Shown here piece by piece: positions 61,252 to 64,000 of a stretch of DNA of 64,000 nucleotides. The notes beneath the pieces were generated by a model. It was not told the origin of the DNA. It did not search any database and saw nothing but the letters and a program-made list of their open reading frames with translations. Position 1 is the first letter of the stretch. Each line of letters starts with the position of its first letter. Source of the stretch: Ylistrum balloti (lineage: Eukaryota); the NCBI RefSeq assembly GCF_031769215.1, contig NW_026783096.1, positions 1-64,000 of the forward strand, read 5' to 3'. The position numbers were made by a program, and so were the translations under genes.

Positions 61252-64000
61252 TACTTGTTAAATGTTTGTATTGATTTACATACGCTTTAATTTATGTTAT
61301 ATGTATCCTGACTTTATCCTCCTTTCTCTTTACGTCATTAAAGCCCCAATATACGAAAAAATCACTATAAAAAAACAAACTTTATCTTATTTTCCCCGTA
61401 ATATATGTATCAAAACAAATACTTTCCATGAATTAAGAAAATAAAACTGACTGTTTTCAATTTAACTATGTGGGACCCACAATAATTCATACATTACCGC
61501 TCGTAGCGATGACATTGCACATGCGCATATTCCGCGTGTGTAAACATGGCAGACACAGTACAGACGTTCACCAGTCGCTTCCTTTTTTTCCAATCATACA
61601 TCAGGCCAGTTCTGAATTTTTACATTATAATTGTACGTCGTATCGTTTCTAAACTAATTATTCCTTCTAATAATTTCCCAAAAACTGAATGTTTATCACA
61701 GGAATACTTCAAGTCTACGACAAGACTTCGCAAACATGCGTCCTCTACAAGTAGAAACCTCAACTCTCGCGAGATCAGGTCATGAACTTTCCGACGTGGT
61801 TCGGCAACAATCGTAATTTCGATGGAGGCTGTTTAAAATGGAGGTGTGTTTACAAATAGCGAGTTTCAACTGCTCATATATCAATACTTTATGCACAAAG
61901 TCATGGTAACTATTGTTTGAATAACTTAATTCTAACTATATCTTAGAGAATATATCAATAATTATGTGTGATTCTACATTAAATTTTTGGTGAATGTTAC
62001 GTATATTGGGGCTTTAAAAATAACATGCCCGTAACTGTGATTGAAAATAAAACTTTATCTGTAAGACTCAATATGTAAAGCATGAGTCTCGTTATTGTAC
62101 TTGACAAATATATCATTATTCGTACAGGTAAATGTATCGAAAGTCACAAGTTTCAACATTTACCTATGTGACACTTCAAATTCTCTCTGTATAACATATG
62201 ATATAATGATGTGTGTAGCATGACTTTATAGACAAAGTGTTGAGGAAAACTTTGTGTACATCCATTTTCTATATGTCCATAAAAATAGCTTTCCCATTGC
62301 TGTGATTGAAATAAAACTGTGTTTGAGATTGACTCAATTTACAGTATACAACATTGTAACGGGAAGACTTGTTTTGCTTAATTTAGATAACATATCACTG
62401 TCAACTGTTTTTAGTATACATGTATTTATTTACAATGATATAAAATGGTCTTAAGTCACTTAACACCAGAATCTCTCACTCTTTCACTCCATTGATAGAA
62501 CACAATAAAATAATAATAACATTTGTAAAGATGGGATGTGGTCCACACTTTCTATACAACAGTCTAACAACAAACACTAATGTCTCCAAATCACAAGTAG
62601 GCAGTAATCCACAATGGTGCACACTGACGGTCAAATGTCCACACACCTACTAGCAGGCTGAATTCCACTTTCAGTGTACTGAGTCCCTAACTACTATAGC
62701 TACTCAAGGTACTCCACAACCTTAACCCTCCCTGGCCGAGGACGAATCCTACGTCAACAGACTCGAGGACTGGACGATCATACCAAATAACCATCCCCAG
62801 TTGGAGGACTGCATGGACCCTGGTATACATCACCGGTCAATAGCATTGGCCACAGGTCCGTAACACTACGGAAACGTCAATATGAGACCACATCGGCACC
62901 AACAATATCGAGTCAAACTACAATATAATTGACATACACTAATCACAAACGTATGGCCTATTATTCTCAATACATTGCAGTAAACATCTTACAAGAACAT
63001 GTCATTACTAGCAACGCTACAGCAACATCCGTTTTGCGTGTAATACTATAAGCCACAATAGATGTAACCACTGTATGCAACTCATTATACCTATTCATAA
63101 TTATTCCAGCTTATAAACAGTAATTACTTGACTACTGTTAGGTTTGTTATAGTGTTAAATATTATGCAATATCACTACTTGAACATAAAAATGTACAGCC
63201 ACCACCTTACTAGCTAACAATAACAAACACACACCTGTTAACACGTGTATACACCTGTACAGTACAGTAGCGACTCTATATAAACAGAACTAGTAATGAC
63301 ATTGTTTACGTCTGTTTACCGCACATAAAATAGTTAAAGTTACTCATGAATTCAACAAAACATGCATAAACCTCTAACGGGTAAGGCACTCTACGAAAGC
63401 TGCGGTTTTCGTTGATGTTATTCCCGTATTTACGTTTGTTAACCGGCCATGGTTACCACGCACCTGCTAGTGTTCCCTATTCTCATGTCCTCTCCTCGTT
63501 TTCCAGTTCATATCCGGTACAAAATTTTCTACCGTGCGCACGTAATTCAAAGTTCATATGCATGTGATATGTGACAATAGTTAGGTCAGTGATAAGTAAG
63601 CCTTCAATAAGGAAGAGTAGAATTCAGGTAATGGCGTGAAAGAAAAACCTGAGAAATGACTATAGGGGGCAACTGCATATTGACCTCTCCTCCCCAAAGT
63701 TAACAACAAGGAAACAAATATATATTCACCTGGTGGAGAAGATGTGCAAAAAAAATGTTCGCATTATTCAATCGGGTACTTCATTAGATGTCCATTCGAC
63801 TTCAGACAGACACGTGGTTGTAGTGAACCAATTATGTTTTGAAATATAAATATAAATAGAGAGGCTTTCGAAAATAACTCAATGAAATATGTAATTGGAT
63901 ACATGTATGTATATGGATGAGGTGGTGGGTGTAAGAATGTGTTCGTGTGTGTGTGGAAGATTGTGAGTGTGGTGGCGTATGTGTGGTTAGAAATAAAAAA

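Larger units (their letters stand above)
47400..64000 (+). repeat. Segmental/tandem duplication, copy 2
   Basis: See copy 1; the match continues to the last base of the window. Confidence 0.97.

Overview
AT-rich eukaryotic DNA, most likely from a mollusc or bivalve (inferred from the repeat families and intronless nAChR-like genes). No prokaryotic features, CRISPR arrays or RNA genes were found. (1) There is a cluster of intronless, atypical Cys-loop (nAChR-like) genes: gene A on the minus strand, a decayed paralog, and gene B on the plus strand. The cluster occurs twice, about 44.6-44.8 kb apart (~2.8-19.2 kb and ~47.4-64.0 kb). (2) A multi-exon SLC5-family sodium:solute symporter lies on the minus strand at ~22.3-42.5 kb; I traced 15 coding exons in frame with GT-AG sites. 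(3) Many transposable-element relics are present: Tc1, Penelope-like, a LINE, a Helentron-type non-autonomous element, and a Ngaro-type tyrosine-recombinase retroelement with split direct repeats nested in a TA-flanked TIR element. The best candidate for a new system is the receptor cluster. The genes have lost the acetylcholine aromatic box and the vicinal cysteines. Their extracellular domains are only about 40% identical, yet they share a ~208-nt pore-coding (M1 end to M3) tract that is about 97.6% identical at the DNA level in inverted orientation. One copy is frameshifted exactly at M1, predicting a soluble, AChBP-like ectodomain. All alignments and counts were done by eye, and approximate boundaries are marked as such.
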